DNA of 62,822 nucleotides, the filler included. It is 6 parts of 6 records of this genome, joined end to end, with 100 filler letters (N's around TTAATTAATTAA, not from the genome) between each part and the next. Parts side by side here need not be neighbours in the genome. Positions count along the whole stretch, not along the records: positions 1 to 24,665 come from SRR20825015_364; 5 more parts are not named here. One strand, written 5' to 3'. The position numbers and the translations under genes were made by a program. Positions 9,041 through 19,461 of this stretch are shown here, in pieces (within the stretch, counting starts at the first letter, position 1; every line of letters begins with the position of its first letter). The notes under the pieces are model-generated. The model was not told the origin of the DNA, ran no database searches, and was given only the letters and a program-made list of their open reading frames with translations.

Positions 9041-9973
9041 ATGCCGATCAAATGGCGGTCGAAGATCCTGCTTGCAAAGATCGAGGCATCCTATGGTGTC
9101 GATGCGGCGCCCACCGGAGCTGCGGATGCGATCCTTGCCACCAATATCGTGCTCACACCGATGGAAGGTCAGGACGTTTCAAGGGATCTCGAGCTGCCCT
9201 GGCTTGCCGCCCAGGCGACCATACCTGCAGGTCTGCATGTGCGCATCCAGTTCCGGGTCGAGCTCGTGCCCTCGGGAACTGCTGGAACGGCACCCGCCTG
9301 GGGACCTCTCCTGCGGGCCTGCGCCGTGGCCGAGACGATCACGCCGGCGACCAGCGTGGTCTACAATCCCGTATCCGACAGTCATGAAAGCGTGACCATA
9401 CATTTCTGGATTGGCGGAACTCGGTATGTGGCGCGCGGATCGCGCGGAACGGCCGTCATGCGCTATACCGCACAGGGCATTCCCTATCTCGAGTTTGACT
9501 TTCGCGGTCTCTTTACGCTTCCGACCGAGGAGGCCCGTCCTGCCCCGACGCTGACCGCCTTCCTGAAGCCAGACCTCGTCACGAGTGCAAGGACACCCAC
9601 ATTCGAGATCGGGGCCCAGCCCTTCGTCATGCGCTCCTTTGCACTCGATCTCGGCAATGCGCTTGAAACGCGCTTTCTTGTCGGCTCGGAAACCGTGTTG
9701 ATCACCGACCGGACCGAGAGTGCGTCGGCACAGGTCGAGGCGGTATCACTCTCGACCTTCGATCCCTACGCAGCCGCAAACGATCAGTCATTGCTCGCGG
9801 TCCAGCTCGTGCATGGTACCGATGCCGGGCGCATTGCCACGCTCGATCTCGCGTCTGCGCAACTGCAGCGACCAGCGGGGCTTGAGAATGCCCAGGACGT
9901 TCTCGAATGGCCGCTGCGCCTGGTTCCGCTGCCGAGCGCCGGCAACGATCAATGGGTTTTGACGCTGACCTAA
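9041..9973 (+). CDS. Phage tail tube protein
   Basis: ILLAKIEASYGVDA and GTAGTAPAWGPLLRAC motifs. About 310 aa. No sheath gene present. Confidence 0.82.
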   Translation: MPIKWRSKILLAKIEASYGVDAAPTGAADAILATNIVLTPMEGQDVSRDLELPWLAAQATIPAGLHVRIQFRVELVPSGTAGTAPAWGPLLRACAVAETITPATSVVYNPVSDSHESVTIHFWIGGTRYVARGSRGTAVMRYTAQGIPYLEFDFRGLFTLPTEEARPAPTLTAFLKPDLVTSARTPTFEIGAQPFVMRSFALDLGNALETRFLVGSETVLITDRTESASAQVEAVSLSTFDPYAAANDQSLLAVQLVHGTDAGRIATLDLASAQLQRPAGLENAQDVLEWPLRLVPLPSAGNDQWVLTLT

Positions 9974-10020
9974 CATCACTCAGGGTGCCGGTGCAGCCCG
10001 AACCATCAGACGGAGGACAC

Positions 10021-10350
10021 ATGACCTACAGGCTTGATCCAAGTCCGCAATTCTGGGCTCGCGTTACGGTCCGACGCCCCGGCGAACAGGCGGAGCCTGA
10101 AACCTTTCGTGCAAAATTTCAGGCGTTGGCGATCGATGCATTCAACGAGCACGATCTTTCGACGGAAGAAGGAACACGTGCCTTCCTCGACGAGGCTCTG
10201 CGTGATGTGGATGAGGTCGAGACGATGGACGGTTCACCGCTCTCCTTTACGGATGCGGTGCGCGCGCAAATGATTGGCGCTCCGCATCTCAGAGCCGCCC
10301 TTGTGTCCGCCTATATGGCCGCATTCCGAGAGGCAATAACGGGAAACTGA
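10021..10350 (+). CDS. Tail assembly chaperone (gpG-like)
   Basis: SD GGAGGA, ATG at 10021, ends with slippery G GGA AAC TGA. Confidence 0.8.
   Translation: MTYRLDPSPQFWARVTVRRPGEQAEPETFRAKFQALAIDAFNEHDLSTEEGTRAFLDEALRDVDEVETMDGSPLSFTDAVRAQMIGAPHLRAALVSAYMAAFREAITGN
10341..10347 (+). other. Programmed -1 ribosomal frameshift site GGGAAAC
   Basis: XXXYYYZ heptamer at the chaperone stop. The -1 frame is open from 10341 to 10748. Confidence 0.85.
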
Positions 10351-10748
10351 TTGCCGCCGCGCGCGCATGGGCGAAAGGCGCGCTCGAGGATGGCGGCGAT
10401 GCGGATGCCTGGCGGGAGGCGATTGAAGATGCACGGCGCTGGGGAATGGATGAGCTCGGTATCAGCCGCCTGAAGGCAAGGCTATCGGGCCGGCAGGAAC
10501 CGGAGTTCAACGGCGTCTGGCCCGCAAACCGCGCGGCCATGAATGCATTTCTGGCGGCTGCCTCACAGTGGCGGACCACCGTCTTTCCGGAAGGAGGACA
10601 ATTGAGAACCATGTGGATCGGCCTTGATTATGCCGGCGCGACCGCTGCCTGGGAACGGCTGGGCCTCGACGTCCCGGCCGAGACGTTCGCTGGCGTGCAG
10701 GTGCTGGAGATGGCGGCAAGGACGAGCCTCAACGGTGGAGAGGCCTGA
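10341..10748 (+). CDS. Tail assembly chaperone gpT-like portion (DUF1799-like), expressed as frameshift fusion
   Basis: VWPAN..A...F..AASQWR...GLDYAG motif. In -1 frame relative to the chaperone. Confidence 0.8.
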   Translation, partial: GKLIAAARAWAKGALEDGGDADAWREAIEDARRWGMDELGISRLKARLSGRQEPEFNGVWPANRAAMNAFLAAASQWRTTVFPEGGQLRTMWIGLDYAGATAAWERLGLDVPAETFAGVQVLEMAARTSLNGGEA

Positions 10749-12736
10749 TGTCGCTGCGGCTTTCGCTGGTAATCGAGGGCGATGCCGCCGGAGCCAGAAA
10801 GGCTCTGCAGGAGACCGCCGGCGGGGTTGAGGATCTTGGCAAGAAGGCAGACGAGGCGTCGCGCAAGATCGAACGCGTCGGCCGGATCGAATGGAATGAC
10901 GCGGAGTTTGATCGGGCAAGAAATGGGCTAAAGGCAACGGCCGATGAAGGGGCTCGTGCAGCTGAGAACGTGTCGGATGCGGGCGATGCCGGTGCAAGGG
11001 CAGCTCCTGCATTCGCAGGGGTCGGAGATGCGGCCGGCGCGGCCGGAGAAAAGGTTTCCAACCTGAAAACGGCGCTGATCGGTGCCGCAGGCGGTTTGGC
11101 TGCGGGCGTCGCGATCACGGCTGTCGGTGAAGGTCTCAAACTTGCTGCCGGCGCTGCCGCCGATCTCTTCCGAGAGATCACCTCGAACCAACCGATGATC
11201 GAGCGGGCACTGAAAGGTCATGCAGCGCTCGTTGGCCGCATCAGGGGCGCGTGGGCCGAAGCTGCCGGTGCTGCCTCATCCTATGGCCTCAACGCCGAGC
11301 CAGTTCTCCGGTTCGAAAGCCAGCAGACCATCGGCCGGCTTGAGAACGCAGCCCAGGGATCGCAGCGAGATCTGTTTCAGAAAAGCGATGCGCTCAGGCC
11401 GTCGGACGTACTCGGCAATCCATTCGGCCACTTCGGCCCCATGCGTGAGACCGTTGCAGAGTTCCGCAAGGAACTGCGAGAGGGCCAGGCCGATGTCATC
11501 GCGTTCCGTCGCCAGGTTGGCGAGATTGCAGAGGCGTTGCCGAAGACCTCTCCGTTCCGGCAACTCGCCGAAGAAATACTGGAGGACACCAGAGCCGCAG
11601 CCGAGCTGCAGGCCGAGCTGGAAAGATCCCGCGATCTCCTGAGAGGCTTGAAGGGTGATGCCGAAGCCTCGGCAACAGCGCTTGGTGGCAAGGCGGACAA
11701 GTACAGGACGCTGCAGAGTGACGCCAGCGCCGCCGGCGAAGCGATTGAAACAAGCTCGCAAGACATTCGCGCCTCGGGTGAAGCGGCGGCAGGAGCGGTT
11801 CCTGCCCTTGCCGAGTATGATCGGCTGTTGAAGTCGATTGCCGGCGGTCAAGCAACTCCGGCAGAATTGGCTGGCTCGCCGGCACGTGCAGCGTTGACGC
11901 CTTTGACGGAAGGCCGCTCATTCGCCGGGGGCGGTTTCACCGGTCACATGCCGACGGACCGCATCGCCGGCGTGGTGCATGGGCGCGAATATGTTTTTGA
12001 CGCCGCTGCGACGGCACGGATCGGTGTGGCCAATCTGGATGCCATTCGTGCTGGCGTGTCGGGCTATGCCGGTGGTGGCTTTGTGACGACGCAGGCACGG
12101 ACCTACGGAAGCGCTTCACCCGCCTCGATGAGATCCTCACCCTTCACCGCCATAGCGGAGGACTTCGAGCTTCTGTCCGGATCTCTCCATCAGTTTTTGT
12201 CTGCCATTGCAGAGGGGCAGGATGTCATGTCATCGCTTGCTGGCGTCGTTGACCGGGTCAGCCAACGGTTTCTGGACTTCGCCTTCAGGGCGCTCGATCA
12301 GGCGATGTTCGGCGGCGGTGGTGGTGGCGGACTGATCGGCGCCCTGGTGGGTGTGGCAGGTCAGGCTCTGGGGTTCGGCGGGTTTGGGGCAGGAAGCTTT
12401 CCCCCCGCACCGATGGCGCCCGTTGGTCTCTATCATGGCGGCGGACAGGTTGGCGCGCAGCCGCTCAACACCCGACCCGCACCGGCCTCGCTGTTCATCG
12501 GTGCGCCGCGCATGCATTCAGGCGGATTTCTGAAACCTGGCGAACGGCCGATCATCGCCATGGACGGCGAAGAAATCGGCTGGCCCGATCAGCTTGCTCG
12601 CAAATACGCCTCCGGCCAGACGATCGTCAATCAGTTCCATATCGAGACGCCGAACCCGAAGGCCTTCGCCGAGAGCCGGGCGACGGTCGCCCGCGCAGGT
12701 GCCCGCTTCGCCGGCCGCTTCGCGAGGTACAGCTGA
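10748..12736 (+). CDS. Tail tape measure protein
   Basis: 662 aa, Ala/Gly-rich, FAGGGFTG, AGVVHGREYV and YHGGG motifs. Follows the chaperones. Confidence 0.88.
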   Translation: MSLRLSLVIEGDAAGARKALQETAGGVEDLGKKADEASRKIERVGRIEWNDAEFDRARNGLKATADEGARAAENVSDAGDAGARAAPAFAGVGDAAGAAGEKVSNLKTALIGAAGGLAAGVAITAVGEGLKLAAGAAADLFREITSNQPMIERALKGHAALVGRIRGAWAEAAGAASSYGLNAEPVLRFESQQTIGRLENAAQGSQRDLFQKSDALRPSDVLGNPFGHFGPMRETVAEFRKELREGQADVIAFRRQVGEIAEALPKTSPFRQLAEEILEDTRAAAELQAELERSRDLLRGLKGDAEASATALGGKADKYRTLQSDASAAGEAIETSSQDIRASGEAAAGAVPALAEYDRLLKSIAGGQATPAELAGSPARAALTPLTEGRSFAGGGFTGHMPTDRIAGVVHGREYVFDAAATARIGVANLDAIRAGVSGYAGGGFVTTQARTYGSASPASMRSSPFTAIAEDFELLSGSLHQFLSAIAEGQDVMSSLAGVVDRVSQRFLDFAFRALDQAMFGGGGGGGLIGALVGVAGQALGFGGFGAGSFPPAPMAPVGLYHGGGQVGAQPLNTRPAPASLFIGAPRMHSGGFLKPGERPIIAMDGEEIGWPDQLARKYASGQTIVNQFHIETPNPKAFAESRATVARAGARFAGRFARYS

Positions 12737-13368
12737 TGCCGGCGCCGTTCCTCGATGCCGCGATCTTCCCGGTCCATGTCTCGGCCGGCTCGCCCGGCGG
12801 TCCGGACTGGCCTGCCGAGATCGTCCAGCTCGCGTCTGGACGAGAGGAACGCAACAGCGCCTGGGCTTCACCCCTCAGGAGTTACGATGCCAAATATGGG
12901 GTGCGAACCCCAGCCGAACTGTATGAGGTGCTGTCCCTTTACCATGCCGCCATGGGGCGACTGTCCGGGTTTCGCTTTCTCGACTGGACCGACTACCGTT
13001 CAGCAGCTCCGCACCTCACGCCGACTGCCACCGACCAGCAATTGGGGCTCGGCGACGGGACGGAAACCTCGTTTCAGCTGTCCAAGCGATACTCCTTCGC
13101 CGGAGCACATCACGATCGCAGGATCACCCGGCCCTTTGGCACGATCCTTGTGGCCGTCGATGGTGCGCCGCAGGCAGGAGGTTTCACCATCGACCACACC
13201 ACCGGCGTCATCACCTTTGACGAGGCTCCCGCAAACGGTGCCGTTCTCACCTGGGGTGGACAGTTTCACGTGCCGGTGCGCTTTGACTGCAGGCTCGACC
13301 AGATCTCTCTGCGCACGGCGGCAATCGGCGACATCCCGTCGATATTCCTGAAGGAGCTGCGCGAATGA
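12736..13368 (+). CDS. GTA-like distal tail protein (DUF2460/TIGR02217)
   Basis: SGREERNSAW, GRLSGFRFLDWTDY, FHVPVRFD motifs. Confidence 0.9.
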   Translation: MPAPFLDAAIFPVHVSAGSPGGPDWPAEIVQLASGREERNSAWASPLRSYDAKYGVRTPAELYEVLSLYHAAMGRLSGFRFLDWTDYRSAAPHLTPTATDQQLGLGDGTETSFQLSKRYSFAGAHHDRRITRPFGTILVAVDGAPQAGGFTIDHTTGVITFDEAPANGAVLTWGGQFHVPVRFDCRLDQISLRTAAIGDIPSIFLKELRE

Positions 13369-14261
13369 AGACAATGCCCGCGGGCCTTCAGGACATGCTC
13401 GATACCGGCGTTACAACCCTGTGCAATTGCTGGCGCGTCGAACGGCTCGATGGGGCTGTCTTCGGCTTCACCGATCACGACCGACCGCTTACCTTTGCCG
13501 GTGTCACCCACAAACCGGAAACCGGTCTCACAGCCTCGGAAGTCTCTTCTTCGCTGGGGCTAGCCGTCGATACGATGGAGGTTGAGGGAGCGCTGTCTTC
13601 AGACGAGATCACGGAAGACGACATCGCGCTTGGAGCCTGGGACAACGCAGCGATCGAGCTCTGGCGCGTCGACTGGTCGAACGTCGCCAATCGGGTCATC
13701 CTGCGGCGCGGGTCGATTGGCGAGGTAACGCGTGGCGATTTGGCCTTCATGGCCGAGCTGCGCGGACTGACTCATGAGCTCAATCAGGAGAGTGGCAGGA
13801 AATATCAGCGCGCCTGCGATGCAGTGGTTGGCGACGACCGCTGCCGGGTCAATGTCGACCAATCCGCTTTCCGTGGAAACGGAACCGTCTCGGTGGCGCT
13901 TGATGACCGCCTGATCGCGGCCACCGGTCTAACGGGATTTTCCGACGAATGGTTCGCACAGGGAGTGCTCCAATGGACGTCCGGAGCAAATGTCGGAACC
14001 GTAACCGAGGTGTCGGGACATCTGAAGCAGGCGGATGGCCTGTCGGCATTGACGCTCTGGACCCGGGCGGGACGCACGATCAACGCCGGTGATACGTTCA
14101 CAGTCACAGCCGGTTGTGACAAACGCTTCGCCACCTGCCGACAGAAATTCTCCAATCAGCTCAACTTTCGCGGATTTCCGCATGTGCCGGGCAATGACTT
14201 CGCGCTCTCGACGGCAAAGAGGTCCGGGGACAATGACGGCGGGAGCTTCTTCAATGGTTAG
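13365..14261 (+). CDS. GTA-like baseplate hub protein (DUF2163/BR0599)
   Basis: CWRVERLDG..FGFTDHD and AGCDKRFATCRQKFSNQLNFRGFPHVPGND motifs. Confidence 0.92.
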   Translation: MKTMPAGLQDMLDTGVTTLCNCWRVERLDGAVFGFTDHDRPLTFAGVTHKPETGLTASEVSSSLGLAVDTMEVEGALSSDEITEDDIALGAWDNAAIELWRVDWSNVANRVILRRGSIGEVTRGDLAFMAELRGLTHELNQESGRKYQRACDAVVGDDRCRVNVDQSAFRGNGTVSVALDDRLIAATGLTGFSDEWFAQGVLQWTSGANVGTVTEVSGHLKQADGLSALTLWTRAGRTINAGDTFTVTAGCDKRFATCRQKFSNQLNFRGFPHVPGNDFALSTAKRSGDNDGGSFFNG

Positions 14262-14790
14262 GCCGCGCGCAAGAGATGCGCGGGTCATGGACTGGGATCG
14301 CGCGTTCCGTCGGAAGATCGCAGCCGTGGCGCGCAGCTACGATGGCGTTCCCTATCGTCACCAGGGGGCGGACCGCCGCGGATGCGACTGCCTGGGGCTG
14401 GTGCGCGCGGTCTGGCGCGAGCTCTACGAAGACGAGGCGGAGATCCCGCCAGCCTATGGTCCCGGATGGGCCGATGCCAGCGGCGTTGAAACACTTTTGA
14501 ACGCCGCAGGAAGGCATCTTGAAGCGCGTCCGGTTGCCGCCATGGCACCGGGTGATCTGCTCGTATTTCGCTGGCGCCCGCACCTGGCGGCGAGACATTG
14601 CGGCATTCTGGTTGCAGATGACCGCATGATCCATGCCTATGAGTCCGCCGGCCGTGTCGCAGAAGGGCATCTCGCCGAGGCCTGGCGGAAGCGGATCGCC
14701 GGGGTGTTCGCATTTCTGTACCCGCCGGGGGGCTGTGGCGTTGCGAACAGCTCGCTGAATGGCAGTGCCGGAAACGCGGAGAAAAGCTGA
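14254..14790 (+). CDS. NlpC/P60 phage cell wall peptidase
   Basis: PYRHQG, GCDCLGLVRAVW, ARHCGI, MIHAY motifs. Start may be 14287. Confidence 0.9.
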   Translation: MVRPRARDARVMDWDRAFRRKIAAVARSYDGVPYRHQGADRRGCDCLGLVRAVWRELYEDEAEIPPAYGPGWADASGVETLLNAAGRHLEARPVAAMAPGDLLVFRWRPHLAARHCGILVADDRMIHAYESAGRVAEGHLAEAWRKRIAGVFAFLYPPGGCGVANSSLNGSAGNAEKS

Positions 14791-17700
14791 TGGCCACCAT
14801 CCTTCTCGGCGTGGTGGGCGCTTCCATCGGCGGGACCTTCGGCGTGATTGGCGGTCTGGTCGGACAGGCCGTCGGCGCCCTTGCGGGGTCCTTTGCCGAC
14901 CGCGCCATTGTCTCTGCCCTGACCCCGCCCGTGAAGCGCGAAGGGCCGCGCCTGACCTCTACCGACATCCAGACAGCGACCGAAGGCTCGGACATCGACC
15001 GTGTCTATGGACGCGCCCGTGTGACAGGAGAGGTTTTCTGGGCAACACGGTTCGAAGAGGTTTCGAGAACGGAGCGCTCAGGCGGCAAGGGAATGAAGCC
15101 GAAGGTCGAAGTGACCACCTATCACTACTATGCCAATTTTGCCGTGGGGCTTTGCGAAGGCCCGATTGCCGGGATTGGTCGCATCTGGGCCGATGGCAAG
15201 GAGATCGATCAGACGGAGATCGAGTTTCGTGTGCACAAGGGCTCAGAGTCACAGGCCGTCGATCCTCTGATCGAAGCGAAGGAAGGTTCGGGAAATGCAC
15301 CTGCCTATCGCGGGCTTGCCTATCTCGTCTTCGAACGCCTGCACCTGGAAAACTACGGCAATCGCCTTCCCCAGATTGCCGTTGAGGTCTTTCGACCGAC
15401 CGGTGCTCTGGAGCAGATGGTTCCGGGGGTCGCGGTCATCGGCGCTAATGAAATGGGATTCGAGACAGAAGAAGTTCGCGTTATCGACTTCTTCGCCGGC
15501 GGCATTGCCCTGAACCGGCATACGAGGGTTGACGCCTCCGACTGGCTTGCGTCGATGAACCGGCTGCAGGATCTGGCACCCAATGTCCGGCAGGTGCTGC
15601 TTGTTTTGCCCTGGTTCGGTGACGACCTGAGGTGTGGCTCCTGTAGCTGCCGACCAAAGGTCGACAGTCAGGACAAGGCAACCAATGTTGTGTGGTCGGT
15701 GGCCGGGCTCTTCCGTTCCTTTGCCGATCTCATCTCCCTAGCGCAGGGTATTCCCGCCTATGGCGGCTCGCCATCCGATCAGGCCGTGGTCACGGCAATC
15801 CGCGATCTCAACGCACGTGGAATATCGGTTACTGTCGTGCCCTTTCTCATGATGGATGTGGCGGAGGGCAACGCACTGGCCGATCCCTATTCGGACCATG
15901 CTTCCTCGAGTGGTCAGCCTGCCTACCCGTGGCGCGGCCGCATCACCTGCTCGCCGGCGCCGGGCTTTGCGGGATCGCCCGACAAGACCGCCGGAGCGGC
16001 CGGCCAGGTGTCAGCATTCGTGGGAAGTGCAAGCGCTTCGGATTTCTCATCCAGTGGCGAGGCTGTCGAGTATTCCGGACCGGAGGAATGGTCCTACCGC
16101 CGCTTCATTCTCCATTACGCGAAGCTGGCGGCCATCGCCGGCGGTGTCGAGAGTTTTCTGATCGGCACTGAAATGCGTGGGCTGACACAGGTGCGGTCTG
16201 CGACTGGCGCCTATCCCTTCGTCAACGCGCTGAAAGCGATTGCTGCAGAAGTGCGCTCCCTTCTGGGCGGGAGCGTGAAGATTGGCTATGCGGCCGACTG
16301 GTCGGAATATCACTCCCACCGCCCGGCGGATGGGACCGGAGATGTCTGGTTCAATCTCGATCCGCTATGGTCGGATGCGAACATCGACTTCATCGGGATC
16401 GACAACTACCTGCCAATCGCGGACTGGCGCGACGGCACCGGCCATCTTGATTACAGCCCGACCGGGCCCACCACCATCTATGACCGCACCTATCTGGCCT
16501 CGAACGTCGAGGGCGGCGAATACTACGACTGGTTCTATGCCTCCGATGCGGATCGCAGAGCGCAGACAAGAACGCCGATCACCGATGGCGCTCATGGCAA
16601 GCCCTGGGTATTCCGCCAGAAAGATATCCGCGCATGGTGGGCGAACGCTCATGTCAACCGGCCGGGCGGCAGCGAGAGCGGCGCACCGACCGGATGGGTG
16701 CCTGAAGCAAAGCCGATCCGCTTTACGGAGCTCGGCTGTCCCGCGGTCGACAAGGGGGCAAACCAGCCGAATGTGTTTGTCGACCCGAAATCGTCAGAAA
16801 GCTTCTTTCCGCACTTTTCGAGCCGGGCGCGCGACGATGCGATGCAGCGGGCTTTTCTGGAAACGGTCATCAGCTACTGGTCCGAGAACAACCAGATGTC
16901 TTCTGTCTATGCCGGACCGATGATCGAGACGGAACGGACCTGCATCTGGGCGTGGGATGCGCGGCCGCATCCGTCCTTTCCACAGGATCTGCGCTGGGGC
17001 GATGCGGCGAACTGGGAGCTGGGTCACTGGATCTCGGGTCGTCTGGGCACGGCACCCGGCACGGAAACCGTGCGCACCGTGCTCGAGGATGCGGGGTTTG
17101 CACACCACGAGGTGGCGCCGTTGCCGACCGTGGTCGAGGGTATCACCACGGGCCGCGTGTTGTCGGCGCGTGCGATGCTCGAGGCGCTTCAGACCGTCTA
17201 TCAGTTCGAGGCGGTGGAGACTGGCGGACGACTGAAGGTCTCGGCCCGGTTGGGAGCCCTGCCGGTGGCGACCCTCGACGATGGTGATCTTGCCGTTTCG
17301 GCCGAGAGCGGGGAGCGGCCCGAGCGCTTTCGGCAGACACGGGCACAGGAAACCGAACTGCCTACAGCCATCAAGCTCTCCTATGGCGATCCCGGCCGTG
17401 ATGACCAGCCGGCATCGGCCGAGGCGCGGCGCTCGGCTGGCGGTTCGCGCCGCGTTCTGGAGATCGGCCTGCCGGCGATCATGGCAGAGGGACAGGCAAC
17501 CCGGCTGGCGGAGATCGAGCTCTCGCGGGTCTGGATCGCGCGCGAGCGGGCGGAGTTCGGCCTGCCGCCTTCCATGTTACGGCTCGATCCCGGAGACGTG
17601 GTCGACTTCCTGCCGACCCGCACGACGCTTCGCCTCGCGGAGATCCATGATGCCGGCCTGCGCCGCGCCGAAGCGCACCGCGTGGATCCGCAGGCGGCTG

Positions 17701-18701
17701 CCCCGGTGCCGCGCGCCTCTTCGGCGCCGCCCAGCCCGCCGGTCACGCTTTATCTTGGCGCACAGCTGACGCTAATCGACGGTCCGCTGCTGCGTGATGG
17801 CGATGCCGATGACGCCGCTCATATTGCCGGGGTGATGAAGCCCTGGCGTGCAGGCATGGCAGTCTACCGTTCGGCCGACGATACGGATTTCGCCCTCGAT
17901 ACACTCCTTGTCACGCCCGCCACCGCCGGTGTCACTCTGGAGGACCTCTATGCAGGGCCGGTCTGGCGCTGGGATCGCGGAAACACCCTGAGCGTGCGGC
18001 TTGTCTCAGGCGCGCTCTACTCAGCGACGGAGCGTCAGGTTCTGGACGGCGCAAACGCGGCACTGGTGGAAAACGAGGACGGCGAATGGGAACTTCTCCA
18101 GTTCGCCGAGGTGGCCGCGCTGGGAGACGGCGCCTTTGCACTGACAGGCCTGTTGCGGGGGCAGCGGGGCACGGAACACGCCATGCGCGCGCCGGTTCCT
18201 GCCGGCGCGCGCTTTGTGCTTGTCAATGAGGCGCTGCAGCAATGGACGCTGGATGCCGCTGCCATCGGCCTCTCGCGCAATTGGCGCTTTGGCCCGGCCG
18301 ACCGGGACATCGCTTCGCAGGATTACGATCAAGAGGCGTTCACGTTCAGAGCAAAGGCCCGGCGCCCGCTCTCGCCTGCAAGGTTGAACGGCCACCGGAT
18401 CGCCGCCACTGGCGATTGGCAGCTCACCTGGATCCGGCGCACGCGGATCGGCGGCGATGCCTGGTCGGAAACCGAGGTGCCGCTTGGCGAGGAAGAGGAG
18501 CGCTACCGGCTTGAAATCCTCGACGGACCGGGCGGGAGCGTGCTGCGCGCTGTCGAGCCGACCGAGGCGGGTTTCCTCTACACCGCCGCCCATCAGACCG
18601 ATGATTTCGGTTCACCGCAGACGGGTTTTCACGCCCGCGTTGCCCAGCGCAGCGCCCGCTATGGGCTCGGCATCTGGCGCACCGGATTTGTTTATGACTA
18701 G
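14790..18701 (+). CDS. GTA TIM-barrel baseplate multidomain protein (megatron/host specificity)
   Basis: 1303 aa. YYANFAVGLCEG, YRRFILHYA, YAADWSEY, DFIGIDNY, TELGCPAVDKGANQPN motifs. Confidence 0.93.
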   Translation: MATILLGVVGASIGGTFGVIGGLVGQAVGALAGSFADRAIVSALTPPVKREGPRLTSTDIQTATEGSDIDRVYGRARVTGEVFWATRFEEVSRTERSGGKGMKPKVEVTTYHYYANFAVGLCEGPIAGIGRIWADGKEIDQTEIEFRVHKGSESQAVDPLIEAKEGSGNAPAYRGLAYLVFERLHLENYGNRLPQIAVEVFRPTGALEQMVPGVAVIGANEMGFETEEVRVIDFFAGGIALNRHTRVDASDWLASMNRLQDLAPNVRQVLLVLPWFGDDLRCGSCSCRPKVDSQDKATNVVWSVAGLFRSFADLISLAQGIPAYGGSPSDQAVVTAIRDLNARGISVTVVPFLMMDVAEGNALADPYSDHASSSGQPAYPWRGRITCSPAPGFAGSPDKTAGAAGQVSAFVGSASASDFSSSGEAVEYSGPEEWSYRRFILHYAKLAAIAGGVESFLIGTEMRGLTQVRSATGAYPFVNALKAIAAEVRSLLGGSVKIGYAADWSEYHSHRPADGTGDVWFNLDPLWSDANIDFIGIDNYLPIADWRDGTGHLDYSPTGPTTIYDRTYLASNVEGGEYYDWFYASDADRRAQTRTPITDGAHGKPWVFRQKDIRAWWANAHVNRPGGSESGAPTGWVPEAKPIRFTELGCPAVDKGANQPNVFVDPKSSESFFPHFSSRARDDAMQRAFLETVISYWSENNQMSSVYAGPMIETERTCIWAWDARPHPSFPQDLRWGDAANWELGHWISGRLGTAPGTETVRTVLEDAGFAHHEVAPLPTVVEGITTGRVLSARAMLEALQTVYQFEAVETGGRLKVSARLGALPVATLDDGDLAVSAESGERPERFRQTRAQETELPTAIKLSYGDPGRDDQPASAEARRSAGGSRRVLEIGLPAIMAEGQATRLAEIELSRVWIARERAEFGLPPSMLRLDPGDVVDFLPTRTTLRLAEIHDAGLRRAEAHRVDPQAAAPVPRASSAPPSPPVTLYLGAQLTLIDGPLLRDGDADDAAHIAGVMKPWRAGMAVYRSADDTDFALDTLLVTPATAGVTLEDLYAGPVWRWDRGNTLSVRLVSGALYSATERQVLDGANAALVENEDGEWELLQFAEVAALGDGAFALTGLLRGQRGTEHAMRAPVPAGARFVLVNEALQQWTLDAAAIGLSRNWRFGPADRDIASQDYDQEAFTFRAKARRPLSPARLNGHRIAATGDWQLTWIRRTRIGGDAWSETEVPLGEEEERYRLEILDGPGGSVLRAVEPTEAGFLYTAAHQTDDFGSPQTGFHARVAQRSARYGLGIWRTGFVYD

Positions 18702-18710
18702 GAGGCTCCC

Positions 18711-19454
18711 ATGGTCGATACGACAAAACTCCAACTGCCCCTGATCGCCGCCGACCAGGCCCAGAAACATGTGCCGGTGAATGAGAGCCTGCTGCGCCTC
18801 GACACGCTTGTGCAGATGGCAGTGATGGATCGGGATCTGACGGTGCCACCGGGAAGCCCCGCCGATGGCGATGCGTACATTCCCGCTTCCGGTGCAACCG
18901 GGGCATGGCTCGGGTGGGATCTGAACATCGCCGTCTATAGCGGCGGCGCCTGGGAAAAGCTTGCGCCGCGCGCCGGCTGGCTTGCATGGGCCGAAGATGA
19001 GGCACAGGTGCTGATTTTCGACGGTGCGGACTGGACGTCACTTGCAGATGCGCTCGGCCTGATCACACGCTCTGCCGCAACCACGTTGAGCGAAGGGGCG
19101 GCCGGCAGCGCCAATGCGATCGTCTCGGCCGAAGAACTGCTTTCCGGCCTCTCCGGTGCGAGTGTCGACACGACCATCACCATTCCCAACCGTGCGATCG
19201 TTTTCGGGGTCTCGACAAGGACAGTGACGGAGGTGACCGGTGCCAGCTCATATGATTGTGGCCTCGCAGGTGAAACCTCGAAATTCGGCGGATCGCTGGG
19301 GATTGCAGCCGGCTCAACCAATGCCGGCGTGATCGGCCCTCAGGCCTTCTATGCCGACACGCCCATACGCCTGACCGCCAATGGCAGCGATTTCACCGGC
19401 GGCGCGGTGCGTGTCGCCATCCACTATTTCCTGCCGACGGTGCCGCAATCCTAG
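18711..19454 (+). CDS. DUF2793 tail fibre/adaptor-like protein
   Basis: LPLIAADQAQKHVPVNESLLRLD and PPGSPADGDAYI motifs. Confidence 0.88.
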   Translation: MVDTTKLQLPLIAADQAQKHVPVNESLLRLDTLVQMAVMDRDLTVPPGSPADGDAYIPASGATGAWLGWDLNIAVYSGGAWEKLAPRAGWLAWAEDEAQVLIFDGADWTSLADALGLITRSAATTLSEGAAGSANAIVSAEELLSGLSGASVDTTITIPNRAIVFGVSTRTVTEVTGASSYDCGLAGETSKFGGSLGIAAGSTNAGVIGPQAFYADTPIRLTANGSDFTGGAVRVAIHYFLPTVPQS

Positions 19455-19461
19455 AGGCAGC

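Noticed and set aside
12736-18701. Host gene transfer agent cluster
   Set aside because: GTA-like tail genes are embedded among Mu-type head genes and com. No RcGTA-type capsid or portal genes are present.
18711-19454. Invertible tail-fibre segment or diversity-generating retroelement
   Set aside because: No invertase, reverse transcriptase, inverted fibre set or TR/VR repeat pair was seen.
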